Origin: Mantamonas sphyraenae STR306
Taxonomy: Eukaryota; Protista; CRuMs
DNA: 64,000 nucleotides
NCBI GenBank assembly: GCA_026936335.1
Contig: JAPMXV010000057.1
Coordinates: 1 to 64,000, forward strand
Reading direction: 5' to 3'
Shown here one piece after another: positions 1 through 11,618 of this stretch. The translations under genes and the position numbers were made by a program. The notes under the pieces are model-generated. The model saw only the letters and a program-made list of their open reading frames with translations, was not told where the DNA came from and did not search any database. Within the stretch, counting starts at the first letter, position 1. Every line of letters begins with the position of its first letter.

Positions 1-175
1 ACCCTAACCCTAACCCTAACCCTAACCCTAACCCTAACCCTAACCCTAACCCTAACCCTAACCCTAACCCTAACCCTAACCCTAACCCTAACCCTAACCC
101 TAACCCTAACCCTAACCCTAACCCTAACCCTAACCCTAACCCTAACCCTAACCCTAACCCTAACCCTAGCCCTAA
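1..175. repeat. Telomeric repeat (CCCTAA)n / TTAGGG, chromosome left end
   Basis: About 29 tandem CCCTAA units from base 1, one CCCTAG variant at 164-169, then unique sequence. Confidence 0.99.
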
Positions 176-451
176 CTCGAATTGATAACCGGTAGTGGGA
201 TGTTATGCGTCCGGTCTATGTCGCGTGAGTTGTGCTTGTGTCTGATGTGTGAGTGGCTGAGTTGGGTTGTGACATGGGGCAGTGGGCAACGGGTGGTGGT
301 GGAAATGTTGCTGGTGAGTGGCCGTCGTCCTGCAACGCTGCGCAGTCAGCACTGCCCATCCGCCTTCAACCAAAATATCACCAACACCCACAACACCCTC
401 CATCAGTCCAACACAATCCACATACACTCCAGCACCACCACCACCGCCACG

Positions 452-3400
452 ATGGACAAGGACTACTCGAGCACTCCGAAGCAACAACACACACCCAACA
501 CCTACCCAGCGTGCGTTCTGCCTTCCACTCCGTTTTCTGACTGCCCGCTTCTCGCGCTTGCTTGCCTCTTCCATGCCTCCGTCGCTTCCCTGCACTCCTC
601 CCCTGCATCCCCACTTCCCCATCGCCACCGTTGCTGTCTTCTTCGCTGTTCTCCGATCCCCTCCCCCCTGTCACTGCCCTCCCCGTTGCCAGTTTCCCGG
701 TCTGGCAATCTCCTTCGTTTTCCCTCTCTGCTCGTTCCAGCCTCCCTTCACCCCGCTTCTGCCCTGACGGCGTCCATTCCGCCTTCCGCTCACCGTTTCC
801 ACCCCGCCCTGCTCCTCCCGTCTCCCCCACAGCTACGGGTTCGTGGTCCCTCCCATGGCTGCCCAGCAGTTTCCGAACATGCTGCCCGTGCCAGGCGTAC
901 AAAACCAGTACCAGCACCCACAACCACCCATCATGTGGGTCCCTGTCAACACCCATCCCCAGCAGCACCACGCATATGCTCATCAGGGCCATCCATACTA
1001 CACCTTCCCTCCTCCGCCGCCTCCTCAGCCGCGACAAACCGCCCAGACGCACTTCGCTCAGCCTCCGTTTCACCCTCCGCCTGCTCAACGCACCACAAAC
1101 CACAACCGCGTCCCCAAACGCATCAGCCCTGCGTTTGTCGGCATCACACGGACCACATCCACCACCACATCGTCGTCCTCCTCCCACCAGGCCACACGGC
1201 AGACTGGAGACAGCGACGACAACGACGCACACCAAGACACACACACACATGACACCGGCGACGTGGAGGATCTGATGTTCCTGAACTTTGGCCACCGTGA
1301 ACCACTGTCAACCTCCAGCAACACAGAGTGGGTGACCAGCTCAGGGATGGAAGCGTACGAAGAAGACGGCGAGGCAAACGACGCAACCCCGCAGCACCTG
1401 GACGACGAATTGGAAACTCAGGGCTCACTCAGCATTGCAGACACTGGTGATGCCATGGATGAGGAGTACGTGCCGCAAGATGACAGCGACGACGACGCAG
1501 ACGACATGGAGCAGGAGGACAGGTACGAATGGCAGCCGCAACGCACAGATAGAGGCCGCACACAACGCCGCAGAGGCAGAGCCAGCCGACGTACTGTTCC
1601 ACAGAAGATGAAAGGCAGCGGACAGCGCAGGGTCAGGGTCACGGCTGGCAGTGGCACAGAGACAGGAACGTCGAGCACACTGGTAAGGAGGGCCAAGAAC
1701 GGAGACACCGGCGCACGGATGAAAGCAGGCGTGAAAAAGACGAAGAAGTTGCCAGATGGCGTTGTGTGCAAAGGGTTGACATGGGGGTACAGTGACGAGC
1801 GCAGCCGCAGCAACAAGAAGGAGCACACGGCACTGCTGAACCACATGCGAACCCTGTCCAACGAGCATCGCATCGACGATATCCCTGACCTCATGAACCT
1901 GCAGGCGCGTGTTGTGGTCTGCCATGGCACTCTGCTGAGGCTGGTCCGACAGATTCCGCTCGCTCTGGGCAACATCCCCCTCTCCCAGGGTGACATGGCC
2001 CTCTGCCTCACTCTTCTCGGCCGTGACATGGATCAATATGCGTGCAGCAATGCCATCAAAGACGCTGGTCTGGCCACGGGTGTGACAAAGGCTGGGTTGA
2101 AGGTGTGCTGGCTGGAGGAGCCACACGATCACGGCGACCCCAACTACGCCCTCCTCCACCTGATCATGACAGAGATGGGCAAACTCGGCGACAGGCCCCA
2201 TCCCACCACCTGGAAGGAGCACAAGCAGACCCAGCTGTGGCTGCAGAAAGCACGACGCCCTGCTGACAACGACAGCGACCCACACTGGACACAATGCGAC
2301 TACGACCACCACCTCGCTACCACCAACGTGGAACAGTGGCAACCAGAGTCTGTGCGCACTGGCTGGAGCAACAAGGCCGACGAGCGTGGCAGCTGCACGG
2401 CGCGGGAGTTCCAGACGCTGCTGGCACACATGAAGGCACGCGCAGCCAAGCACCCTCGCCATCAGCACACACACGAGCACCATGCACTGCGTGAGCTGAT
2501 CAACAACGGCAACCTGCTGTCCCTGCTGCGACACATCATCCTGGCGCTGGGCAACGTTGGCGTGCCGCCTGTCGACCTGGCCTTCTTTGTGCGCCTCCTC
2601 AGGCCACGCCTCACTTACAGGCTGCTTTCCCCTGCCATCGGCAACACACTCGCCCGTGGCGTCACCTCCCTCTCCCTCAAGATCGCCTGGCTCGACAACC
2701 CCAAACCCAGCGACGCCACACTGCACACCCTCCTCCACACCCTCATCGACCGCATCACACCCCACATCACCACCCGTCCCACCACAGTCGACGCCGTCAA
2801 CACCCTCGACATCCCAGAGCTCGTTCTGACCAAGCCTACAACGGAGGAGATGGCCGTGGAGGATGGACTGCCAGATGGCGTTGTGCGCAGTGGCTGGACG
2901 AGGTGGCGCAAGAGCGAGCGCAGCCACAGCAACAAGAAGGAGCATACGGCACTGCTGAAGCACATGCACACCCTGGCCAATGAGCATTTCATCGACGACA
3001 TCCCAGACCTTATGACCCTGCAGGCGCGTGTTGTGGTCTGCCATGGCACCCTGACCACGATGGTCCGACAGATTCAGCTCGCTCTGGGCAACATTCCCCT
3101 CTCCCAGGGCGACATGGCCTTCTGCCTCACTCTTCTCGGCCGTGATATGGATCAAAAGGCGTGCAGCGATGCCATCATCCACGCTGGTCTGGCCATGGGT
3201 GTGACAAAGGCTGGGTTGAAGGTGTGCTGGCTGGAGGAGCCACACGACCACGGTGACCCCAACTACGCCCTCCTCCACCTGCTCATGACAGAGGTGGACA
3301 CTCTCGGCAACAGACCCCATCCCACCAGCTGGAAGGTGCACGAGCAGACCCAGCTGTGGCTGCAGAAAGCACGACGCCCTGCTGACAACGACAGCGACCC

Positions 3401-4025
3401 ACACTGGACACAATGCGACTACGACCACCACCTCACCACCACCAATGTGAACAAGTGGCATCCTGAACCTGTGCGCAGTGGCTGGAACAGTGCCAATCAC
3501 GGCGACGAGCGTGGCAGCTGCACGGCGCGGGAGTTCCAGACGCTGCTGGCACACATGAAGACACGTGCAGCCAAGCACCCTCGTCATCAGCACGCACACG
3601 AGCACCAGGCACTGCGTGAGCTGATCAACAGCGGCAACCTGCAGTCTCTGGTGCGACACATCATCCTGGCGCTGGGCAACGTTGGCGTGCCGCCTGTCGA
3701 CTTGGCCTTCTTTGTCCGCCTCCTGAGGCCTCCCGTCACCTACAAGCAGGTTCACGTTGCCATCAAGAACACCCTCAGCCGAGGCGTCACCTCTCTCTCC
3801 CTCAAAATCGCCTGGCTTGACAAACCCAAACCCAGCGACGCGACACTGCACACCCTCCTCTACACCCTCATCGACCGCATCACACCCCACATCACCACCC
3901 GCCCCACCACCATCGCACTCGTCAACGCCTACCCCATCCCCTCCTTCACCGTCCCCAAGCGCAAAGACCACGCCTCCTCCTCCTCCTCCTCTTCCTCCTC
4001 CTCCAAACGCCAACGCATCGAATGA
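452..4025 (+). CDS. Telomere-adjacent protein of unknown function with large internal repeats; join(452..510,833..4025)
   Basis: ATG at 452, GTGCGT donor at 511 and CAG acceptor at 832 splice in frame into the 1060-aa ORF. Pro/Gln-rich and acidic N-terminus, duplicated ~373-aa unit, C-terminal KRQR NLS-like motif. Confidence 0.8.
1749..3960 (+). repeat. Intragenic tandem duplication, ~1119-nt period, two units
   Basis: LPDGVV starts at 1749 and again at 2868, with long near-identical DNA blocks such as cagctgtggctgcagaaagcacgacgccctgctgacaacgacagcgaccc. Confidence 0.95.
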
Positions 4026-4156
4026 ACCTTCCGCACCATCCATCTCACCCTCCCCTCCCCAACCACCCAATCACCCTCTCTGTGTCATCCACCAACCACT
4101 GGGCACATGTGAGGCCGTTGCACGTTGCGGGCCAGCGTAACTTGAGCACAGCAACG

Positions 4157-7100
4157 ATGCAGGGCAACCTCGCCCTTTTTGTTGGCTCTCTCTATGTCAT
4201 CCTTCAGTCAGCACTGCTGCACACCCGCCTTTCTGGTGTATACGTGGACTGGTTCACGGTATGCCACACAACTTGCCTTCCCTCCTTCGCACACATGCCA
4301 CTCACCCCCCTTCCTCTCACAGGTTTTCGTTCCAACTTTCATTCTTGTCCCGTTCATGTATCGATATGTGTCCAAGACCATGACGAACTCCCTTTCTTTT
4401 GAGGATCCTACGGTCTGTGGCTGCTTTGTGCCTGGTGTGGCCTTGTTTGTGTTTTTCATCCTCATCGCGACCCAGTTGAGCGCACAGGACACCCTCATGC
4501 TGCCAGTCAAGGTGATCGACAACATGCCGCGAGACTGCTGTGCACACACTTCTCTCAACCGCACCGTCATCATGGGCATCAGCGAGAGCAACGAGCTGCG
4601 TTTTGCATCGTTCAACGCGACCTACCCAGCCAGCGTGCTTGTCACAGGCAAAGTCATGGACGGAGAATTTGACTACATGGGGCTAAGCACAAAGAGATCA
4701 TCATTTTCCACGTCCACAAGGAAGCAGATCCTCTGGAATGGGAACCTCGCTGTTGACTACACCACTGAAGACGACGAGTACAGCCTTACGGCCAGCTGCA
4801 TACCGGCAGGCCAGTACTACATTCCTGTTCACACCGATCGCGATGACTCACGCATCAACATCACGGTACGAGAGACGCGAAACTGTGTTCCTCCGGCCCC
4901 TCCGCCACCAGGCCACGGCGTCGAAGCTCTCGGCGACGGTACTGTCCGTTTGGAGTACCGTGCAGTGTACACGCGACGTATTGGCACAATTGGACAGCGT
5001 TCGTTGGTGTACGTTGACGTGGAGACGGTCGCAGGAGCAGCTCCAAACCTCCTTGTTTTCCGCGACTTTGCGCCCACTTTCAACAGCTATCACTATGTGG
5101 GACGTGGTGATGCAATCCGTACCGTGTTTTCATCATGCTTGGACGCTGGTACCTGGTATATGGGTGTGGAGGGGCGCACATCGACATCAATTCCCTCAGC
5201 GCGCACACGTATCCGAATCCTCGACGTACACGTCTCATCGAACCCGTGTTTACCGGGCACAGACATTCCTCTCACACCCATGGGTTCAACTGTGTGGATT
5301 GGCGCCCACTACACGCTCGATGGGCGTTTGACCTCCGTCGCGATGCAGCAGTCACCTTCCCTGGAAATTCATCTCATCCAAGGCCAAACGTACCGTTTTC
5401 TGGTTCCAAAACTCATTTCATCATCTGGAATACGTCTGTTCCGTAAGGACGTGGGGGAATCGATTGTCAACATGACCACAGATGTCGTGCAAAACGTGGT
5501 GTTCTCCCACCCCAACGGAAGTTGGCCCTTCCAGCCACGCAGCAACACCCTGGACGACTTTTTCCAGTTCACTCCCACGCTGTCAGATGTTGGGAAACGA
5601 TACAGCTTGGGTGTGGATTCTGGTTCTGTGGGTGTGCGCATTCTTCCGGCAAATGGGGTCAGCAAACTGACGTTCGGCAATGCGATCTCATTCACGTTGC
5701 CCACGACCTCCTCCATCTCTGCGCGGATCCTCTCGTACATAGATTTAGACCATCCTCACTCGGTACAGGTGCGCTTGGATGCAACAGGAACGAGCTTCGG
5801 GGCTGCCATCGGGGTTGCCTCTGCTCTTTTCCGCGACACGGTGCAGTTTGGCAATCGTGTGCAAAGCACGTCCACACAAGCCGTGACATTCAATGCTTGC
5901 TTGCGCTCTGGGCGCCATTGGATCAGCAGCAGGCCGCACACATCCTCTGGGAACGGCCGCGCGGTTTCGCTCGTTGTGGAAGAGCAGTCCAGCTTCTGCT
6001 CAGGCTATCTGAATCCAACCGACCCGACCCGCACAAGCAGTGGGAGTGGAACGACGTCGGTCTCGTACAGCAATCTGTGTCAGCGATGCATTCCGACCAC
6101 TTCGGAGGTGCCCACGGACACACTTTTCGTTCCAGCGTACGTTTACCTAGTCTGGATGTTCGTCTTTGTGCTCATGCGTGCCTCTGTTACCCTCGATCCA
6201 CAACACAACTCGCAGAAGGAGCAGATTGCATTCACACTGCGCATCGCTGTCCGCTTGCTGTTGCTCATTGGCCTCACCTTTGCTCAACTGATATTGTTCA
6301 ACGCCAACGCTGAGCAGTCCACCACTGTCCCGGTATACTTCGTTCTCATGCCTCTCAACATCCTGTTCACGTGGATGACGTTCTTTTTCGTGCGAGCACG
6401 CAAGGAGTCGCTTGCTGTGGATGGTCATGGAAACCAACCTGGGCGCAAGATTAACCTCGGCGCTGTCCACCTACTGCTGTGGTTGGTAGCCTTGTCCTTC
6501 CTCACGCTCCTCCACCTAGCTTTTGCTGGACTGGTGCGAGCAGATGCCGCCGTGCTACCAATTCTCATCGGCGCAGTCTGCTCCCTCATGCTCTCCGTCC
6601 GCTTCCAACTCGCTCGCATGGATCTGTTGGGAAGCATGTGGTCTTTCTATACGGACAGAATTGTTGACGTAGGCTACCTCTCTGAGCAAGATCGACTCAC
6701 CAACGCGTCAACTCGCTTTGCAGACGATCCAGGATGGAGAGACCGGCCACATCCGACATTCCCCTTTGTGCAGAGTGAATCAGTGCGTCGCTCCATGTTG
6801 CAACTGGGGTTGGTTTGGTTTGCATTGATGGCATGGGTGGCTGTTGCGGCGGGGGCTGGGTACTTTGGGCTGAACGTGGTACCTCACACAGAGCCAGGCC
6901 GCCAAGCTGCAACAATCGCTGCGCCGTGGTTTGCTCTGTGGATTTTGGCACCCGTGTTCTTTTTGGTTGTTGCAAAGGCTCTTCACCAAGCCTGGTACGC
7001 GCAGCTTGATGCCAATGGCAACTCGCGGGCCATAACTCTCTCCAATCGGCGACAATACGCGTCTTTTGGTCTCGGAGTCATCGTCATGGTCCTGGGGTTG

Positions 7101-7904
7101 ACTGCTACAGGCATGATTGCAGACTATGGACAACTGTATGGTTCGGTGAGGGTGCTCGTGCCGCTGTTTGTGATGGCTGGCGTGAGCATCCTTGCAGTTC
7201 TTTCGTCGCTCTTTGCGGTGGAGGAACGGACCCTGGAAGATCGACGGGCCATGGTGCTATTCGCCATGTCGATCGCTGTGACAACCTTGTTTGCCACTCA
7301 GTTGGTGATGACTTTGGTGTGGTTTGAGGGGGTGGTTTCGGGGATTGCAGCACTGAGTCCCATGCTGCTTGTTGGTGCAGGTGAGATCTTCCTGGCAGTG
7401 CGCATGCTCACATACTACGATGCAGAAGGCTTCCGGCCAAAGCAACCGGTCACTGTGTACGCGCTTGTGGGCGTGCTGGTCGTCAATGGGGTTTGCCAGC
7501 TTGCGTTTTCGGTGATGCTTGGGTACGTCATGGACGGGGATCCCACAATGAGGACGTTCCTTTTTCTGCCTGTATTTGTCTGCGTCGCCTGTTGGATGGG
7601 ATTGGTGGGCCTGTGGTGCCACCGCTACGACTGGTGCCCGGACAGCCTCCTTCCAGCACGAATTCCCCTGGCCGTCGCAGCTGTGGAGGTCCAACCCTGC
7701 GGCAGCGAGACGATCGTATTGTTGGACACGACTTTGCCCGCATCAGGGGATTCTCACGAACCCCACGCGCTGTCAACAGGGCCTGCCGAACCCGTGATTG
7801 AAATCAAAGATGACGTGGATGCGACACCATCGAAGCAGGGAAATGGCGCCGAAACAGAGGAGGAAGTGGTGAACATCGGCCCACACGGGGTCAATCTTTC
7901 CTGA
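4157..7904 (+). CDS. Multi-pass membrane protein with extracellular beta-rich repeats and TMEM185-like 'VFxP' hairpin repeats; join(4157..4258,4323..7904)
   Basis: GTATGC...CAG phase-0 intron joins in frame. Three related segments (SC-xx-G-x-Y/W-Y/I) and more than 10 hydrophobic helices with recurring VFVP/VLMP/VLVP/LFLP. Confidence 0.7.
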
Positions 7905-7976
7905 AAACCAATATCAGCGTGCTCATTCGGTTCGGGAGGGTGATTCATTACCCTCCACCTTCAATAAACCCCCTTC

Positions 7977-9611
7977 CTAATTGTTCACCCTCCCCCCCGT
8001 CGCAATCGCCAGCTGCGTCACCACAAACACCGACACACTGAACAGCCAAAAATGCTTCCAAAGATGCTGCCTCCTCACCGCATGACACTGCAGCACCAGT
8101 GGCTCATCTCTATCCACATCGAAATCCGCAAACATCCCCGGCAGCTTCCCGTTCTTCAACTCGTACTCCTTGACCTCCTGTTCGTACAGCTCCAGCTTCC
8201 TGTTCAGCATCCTCACGACGAGCATCCCACTGACCACCTTGACCACAAAGAGCACCCCAAACTGCGCCAGCAACTGCAGCAACTCTGCATCGGATGACGT
8301 GCGGCACAGCAAACACGGGCCATCCAACCACGCATCGCTCATCAACATCGCCGCCAGAACAATGTCTGCCGTTTGCTCCGACAACGCATCCTGGAACGAA
8401 TACAGCACGTACTTCCTCAACTTGATGCACTTGCGCTGCAGTCTCGCCGCCTCCGACTCTTCCCCTGTGTACGCTTCGCTTCGTCCACGAAATCTCTCCC
8501 AAGCATGATCAAACCATTCCTCAAAATAACCGGCGTCGCGTAGCACAATCCTCGACACCAGAATGAACAGCATGAGCATTGCAACCACGTCAAACGCACT
8601 CGCTTGCAGAAACAGCACGTTGGAGAACAGATCGTCCACGATGATGAAGCCAAAAAGCGGCGGCAGAAAATTGTAAACGTTTGTCGCAAAACGCGACGCC
8701 GTCCATACAATGTACACAATCACAGACATCATCACCATGTAAATGAAAAGCACCAAAAGCTGCAGCTCCTCGCTGACCTCTTTTGACACCGCCGTGGCGA
8801 TCACCGGCACGATCGGTGCGCCGAGGATCGTCACTGCCGTCAGCGCAGCATAGGAACGACTATAGTGCAGCCCCTTGTTGCGGTCCAGCCACATGCACAC
8901 TACCCAGATCGTTGCCAGCACCAAAATCAGCACCGAGCCCACCTCGAGCGGGTATGCGCCGAGCGGGCCGAGCACATCCCTTGCGGTGACCATAATGGGC
9001 GGCACCGCCGCAATAACCGGGTACATCTTTGTGTCCACATGCCCATGCACATGCGGCCTTGGCCCAAACGAAAAGGATTCCGAGTTCTCTCCCTCCTCGC
9101 CCTTTGGCGCTTCTTGAACGTGAAGCGGGTAATCGCTGCTCTGCAAACGTCTCAACGTCGGCAAATTCTCGCGTTTCCTCCACCATGCCTCAAACACAGC
9201 AGGCATGATCAGCACGCCCACCATCACACGGAAGTACTCGTTCGGTATTCGCTCCAGCAGCGTGTACTCCAGCGTCGCCCGGCCGTTCAAGTCGACAACG
9301 CGTGGCGCGTCAAAGGCCGCGTGTGCGAGCGGAAACACCGTCGTCAGCGCCGAACTGAGCAGAAGCACCCACCTCAAAGTCCCTGCGGGCATCTTGTGTT
9401 CGTAGCAATGGTTCAGCACCAGCACCACCAACGGGCCCTCGACAATGCCATAAAAAACGGCGTCCACAAAAACCACATTGCGCAAAAGCAAAACCTGCGA
9501 CACCGTGAACCCCACAACCACCACAACAAACGCCAGCCGCAGTAGCATCGCCATACGCGCATCGTGCGACGCCAGCGGAATCTGCGACCACGCTGAGCTG
9601 CTCTTGCGCAT
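7977..9611 (-). CDS. Hypothetical multi-pass membrane protein
   Basis: Long ORF with about 12 hydrophobic segments; first ATG downstream of the Rieske stop is 9611. Confidence 0.7.
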   Translation of the reverse strand: MRKSSSAWSQIPLASHDARMAMLLRLAFVVVVVGFTVSQVLLLRNVVFVDAVFYGIVEGPLVVLVLNHCYEHKMPAGTLRWVLLLSSALTTVFPLAHAAFDAPRVVDLNGRATLEYTLLERIPNEYFRVMVGVLIMPAVFEAWWRKRENLPTLRRLQSSDYPLHVQEAPKGEEGENSESFSFGPRPHVHGHVDTKMYPVIAAVPPIMVTARDVLGPLGAYPLEVGSVLILVLATIWVVCMWLDRNKGLHYSRSYAALTAVTILGAPIVPVIATAVSKEVSEELQLLVLFIYMVMMSVIVYIVWTASRFATNVYNFLPPLFGFIIVDDLFSNVLFLQASAFDVVAMLMLFILVSRIVLRDAGYFEEWFDHAWERFRGRSEAYTGEESEAARLQRKCIKLRKYVLYSFQDALSEQTADIVLAAMLMSDAWLDGPCLLCRTSSDAELLQLLAQFGVLFVVKVVSGMLVVRMLNRKLELYEQEVKEYELKNGKLPGMFADFDVDRDEPLVLQCHAVRRQHLWKHFWLFSVSVFVVTQLAIATGGRVNN

Positions 9612-9651
9612 GCTGACGTTCTCTTTGGGAAACTCGCGCGTACATTTTTCC

Positions 9652-10212
9652 TCACCGCCGCACCTCCTTCCCCAGTGCAACCAGAACCACCCCATCTTCC
9701 ACCTTTGTCTTGTGCGTACGCTGCACTTTCCCCTTGCTCTGCCACTTGCCATCCAACCCCTGATACAACCCTTTGCCGCTGCTCACCTCGATCGTGTACA
9801 TGTGCCAAGGACACCGTATGCACAGCATCGTGTCCTCGATCTCCACCAGCTTGCCCTCCGACAACGGCCCTCCTGCATGATAGCACACCGCATTCAACGC
9901 GTGCACCTGGCCGTCCACCCACAGCAAAAACACTTTGACTCCTTCCACCTCTGCCTCCAGCCTCCCTGCGGCTTCCAACTCCTCCACGGTGCACACGGGC
10001 GAATACACGTCTTCCTGTTCCTCCTGTTCCCCCTCTCCTTCCCCCTCGCCCTCCTCCAACACCTTTCCTTTCTCGCCCGCGTCGAGATCAATCACCTTTT
10101 CCACACCGTTGATCACCACCGTGACCAGCCGCCGCACTCGCTTCTTCTTCTTCTTCTTCTTCTTCTCCTCTTGCACACCCCCTTTACCCTCAGCAGCCTC
10201 AGCCTCGGACAT
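9652..10212 (-). CDS. Rieske [2Fe-2S] domain protein (RFESD-like)
   Basis: CYHAGGPL and CPWH Rieske ligand motifs. Confidence 0.9.
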   Translation of the reverse strand: MSEAEAAEGKGGVQEEKKKKKKKKRVRRLVTVVINGVEKVIDLDAGEKGKVLEEGEGEGEGEQEEQEDVYSPVCTVEELEAAGRLEAEVEGVKVFLLWVDGQVHALNAVCYHAGGPLSEGKLVEIEDTMLCIRCPWHMYTIEVSSGKGLYQGLDGKWQSKGKVQRTHKTKVEDGVVLVALGKEVRR

Positions 10213-10240
10213 GCCACCAACCAATCACACCACTTGGCCA

Positions 10241-11077
10241 ATGTCGCGCAAAAACAACCTCGACCCCTCCGAGGTCGCCAAATTTGCCGCCATGGCCTCC
10301 CGCTGGTGGAACGTCAACAGCGAGGTCAAAGCGCTCCACAAGATGAATCCCCTTCGCATGGGCTTCATCAAAGAAGCCGTCGCTCTCCAGCTCGACCGCG
10401 ACGTCCGCGATCCGCAGATGTTTGCCGGCCTGCGCTTCCTGGACATCGGTTGCGGCGGAGGTATCACCGCAGAGAGTGCAGCACGTCTCGGCGCAGACGT
10501 CGTTGCTCTGGACGCCGCCCAAGCCTCGATCCACGTCGCCCAGACCCACGCCCTTGACTCTGGCCTCGCCGGCAAAATCGACTACCGCTGCACCACCACC
10601 GACGACCTCCTTCACGACGAACCAGACCAGCACGAGCATGCCTACGACATTGTTGCCGCCCTCGAGGTCATCGAGCACGTGCCCGACCCTCGTGCCTTTG
10701 TCCACACGGCCGCCCGTTTTGTCCGCCCCGGCGGTGGCTTTGCCGTCAGCACCCTCAACCGCACCCCACAGTCCTTCCTCCTCGGTGTCCTTGCTGCCGA
10801 GTACCTCCTCGGCTTTGCCGAGCCCGGTAGCCACCAGTGGAGCAAGTTTGTACAGCCTTCCGAGCTCGAGGAATATCTCGAGACCGCCCACCTCTCCGTC
10901 ACCTCACGCAGTGGCCTTGTCTACGACACCCCTGCCAACCTGCGCGACCTTGTCCGCCGTGGGCCTGCTGCAGGTGCCATCGTCAACCGCTGGCGCCTCG
11001 ACCAAGACGACCTCGACATCAACTACCTCATGTTTGCCGAGCGGCCACGTTCATCCTCCAACTCCCCACCACAGTAA
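10241..11077 (+). CDS. COQ3: Ubiquinone biosynthesis O-methyltransferase
   Basis: EVAKF..RWW..LHKMNPLR, LDIGCGGG, LEVIEHV, STLNRT and INY motifs. The start could be 10211. Confidence 0.95.
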   Translation: MSRKNNLDPSEVAKFAAMASRWWNVNSEVKALHKMNPLRMGFIKEAVALQLDRDVRDPQMFAGLRFLDIGCGGGITAESAARLGADVVALDAAQASIHVAQTHALDSGLAGKIDYRCTTTDDLLHDEPDQHEHAYDIVAALEVIEHVPDPRAFVHTAARFVRPGGGFAVSTLNRTPQSFLLGVLAAEYLLGFAEPGSHQWSKFVQPSELEEYLETAHLSVTSRSGLVYDTPANLRDLVRRGPAAGAIVNRWRLDQDDLDINYLMFAERPRSSSNSPPQ

Positions 11078-11084
11078 ATCACTC

Positions 11085-11569
11085 TCACACATCCAAGTTG
11101 ACAATCTCTGCCGGCAACTTCAGTGTCAGACCGTCCATGTCCCTCGTCACCGGAATCTGGCACGACAACCTTGACGACTCCGTCATCTCGTGCGTAATAT
11201 CCAGCAGATCCTCCTCATCCTCAGTCGCCTTGGGCAGACTTGCGTACTGCACTTCGTCCGGGACATACACGTGGCATGTCGAGCAAGCCAGCGACCCCTG
11301 AAAGACCCTGTGTCAGCTCCCGTCCCCCCCCCCCCGTACCCAACCCCCCCACCCCCACCCTCCCTCTCCCCTTCCCCCCCCCCTCCCTCCCCCTTCTTCC
11401 AACTCACGTCACACGCTCCTTCCACTGGCAACCCGGCATCCCTCAACGCATCCATCAAAAACCCTCCGACTGGTGCCGCCACTGTCGTCGGATGCCCTTG
11501 ACCATGCGCATACACCTGTACATTCACTGTTTTCACCACTGCGCGTGCTTGTGTATTCACTCGCGACAT
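11085..11569 (-). CDS. Adrenodoxin-type [2Fe-2S] ferredoxin; complement(join(11085..11297,11408..11569))
   Basis: Splicing GTGAGT...CAG restores GACDGSLACSTCHV; SRLSCQI is downstream. Confidence 0.93.
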
Positions 11570-11618
11570 TTCCCCTTCTCAATTCTCAATTCTCCTGCAA
11601 CGCCTCGCGCCGCCGTCT

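Noticed and set aside
1425-4070. 881-aa minus-strand ORF, and similar long antisense ORFs (20171-22297, 26867-30538, 51700-54555, 60207-62141)
   Set aside because: Shadow frames of real genes in GC-rich, codon-biased DNA, with no recognisable motifs.
9652-11569. Rieske-COQ3-ferredoxin as a functional ubiquinone gene cluster
   Set aside because: Ferredoxin does support Coq6 chemistry in yeast, but adjacency in one gene-dense genome with mixed orientation is not evidence without conserved synteny.
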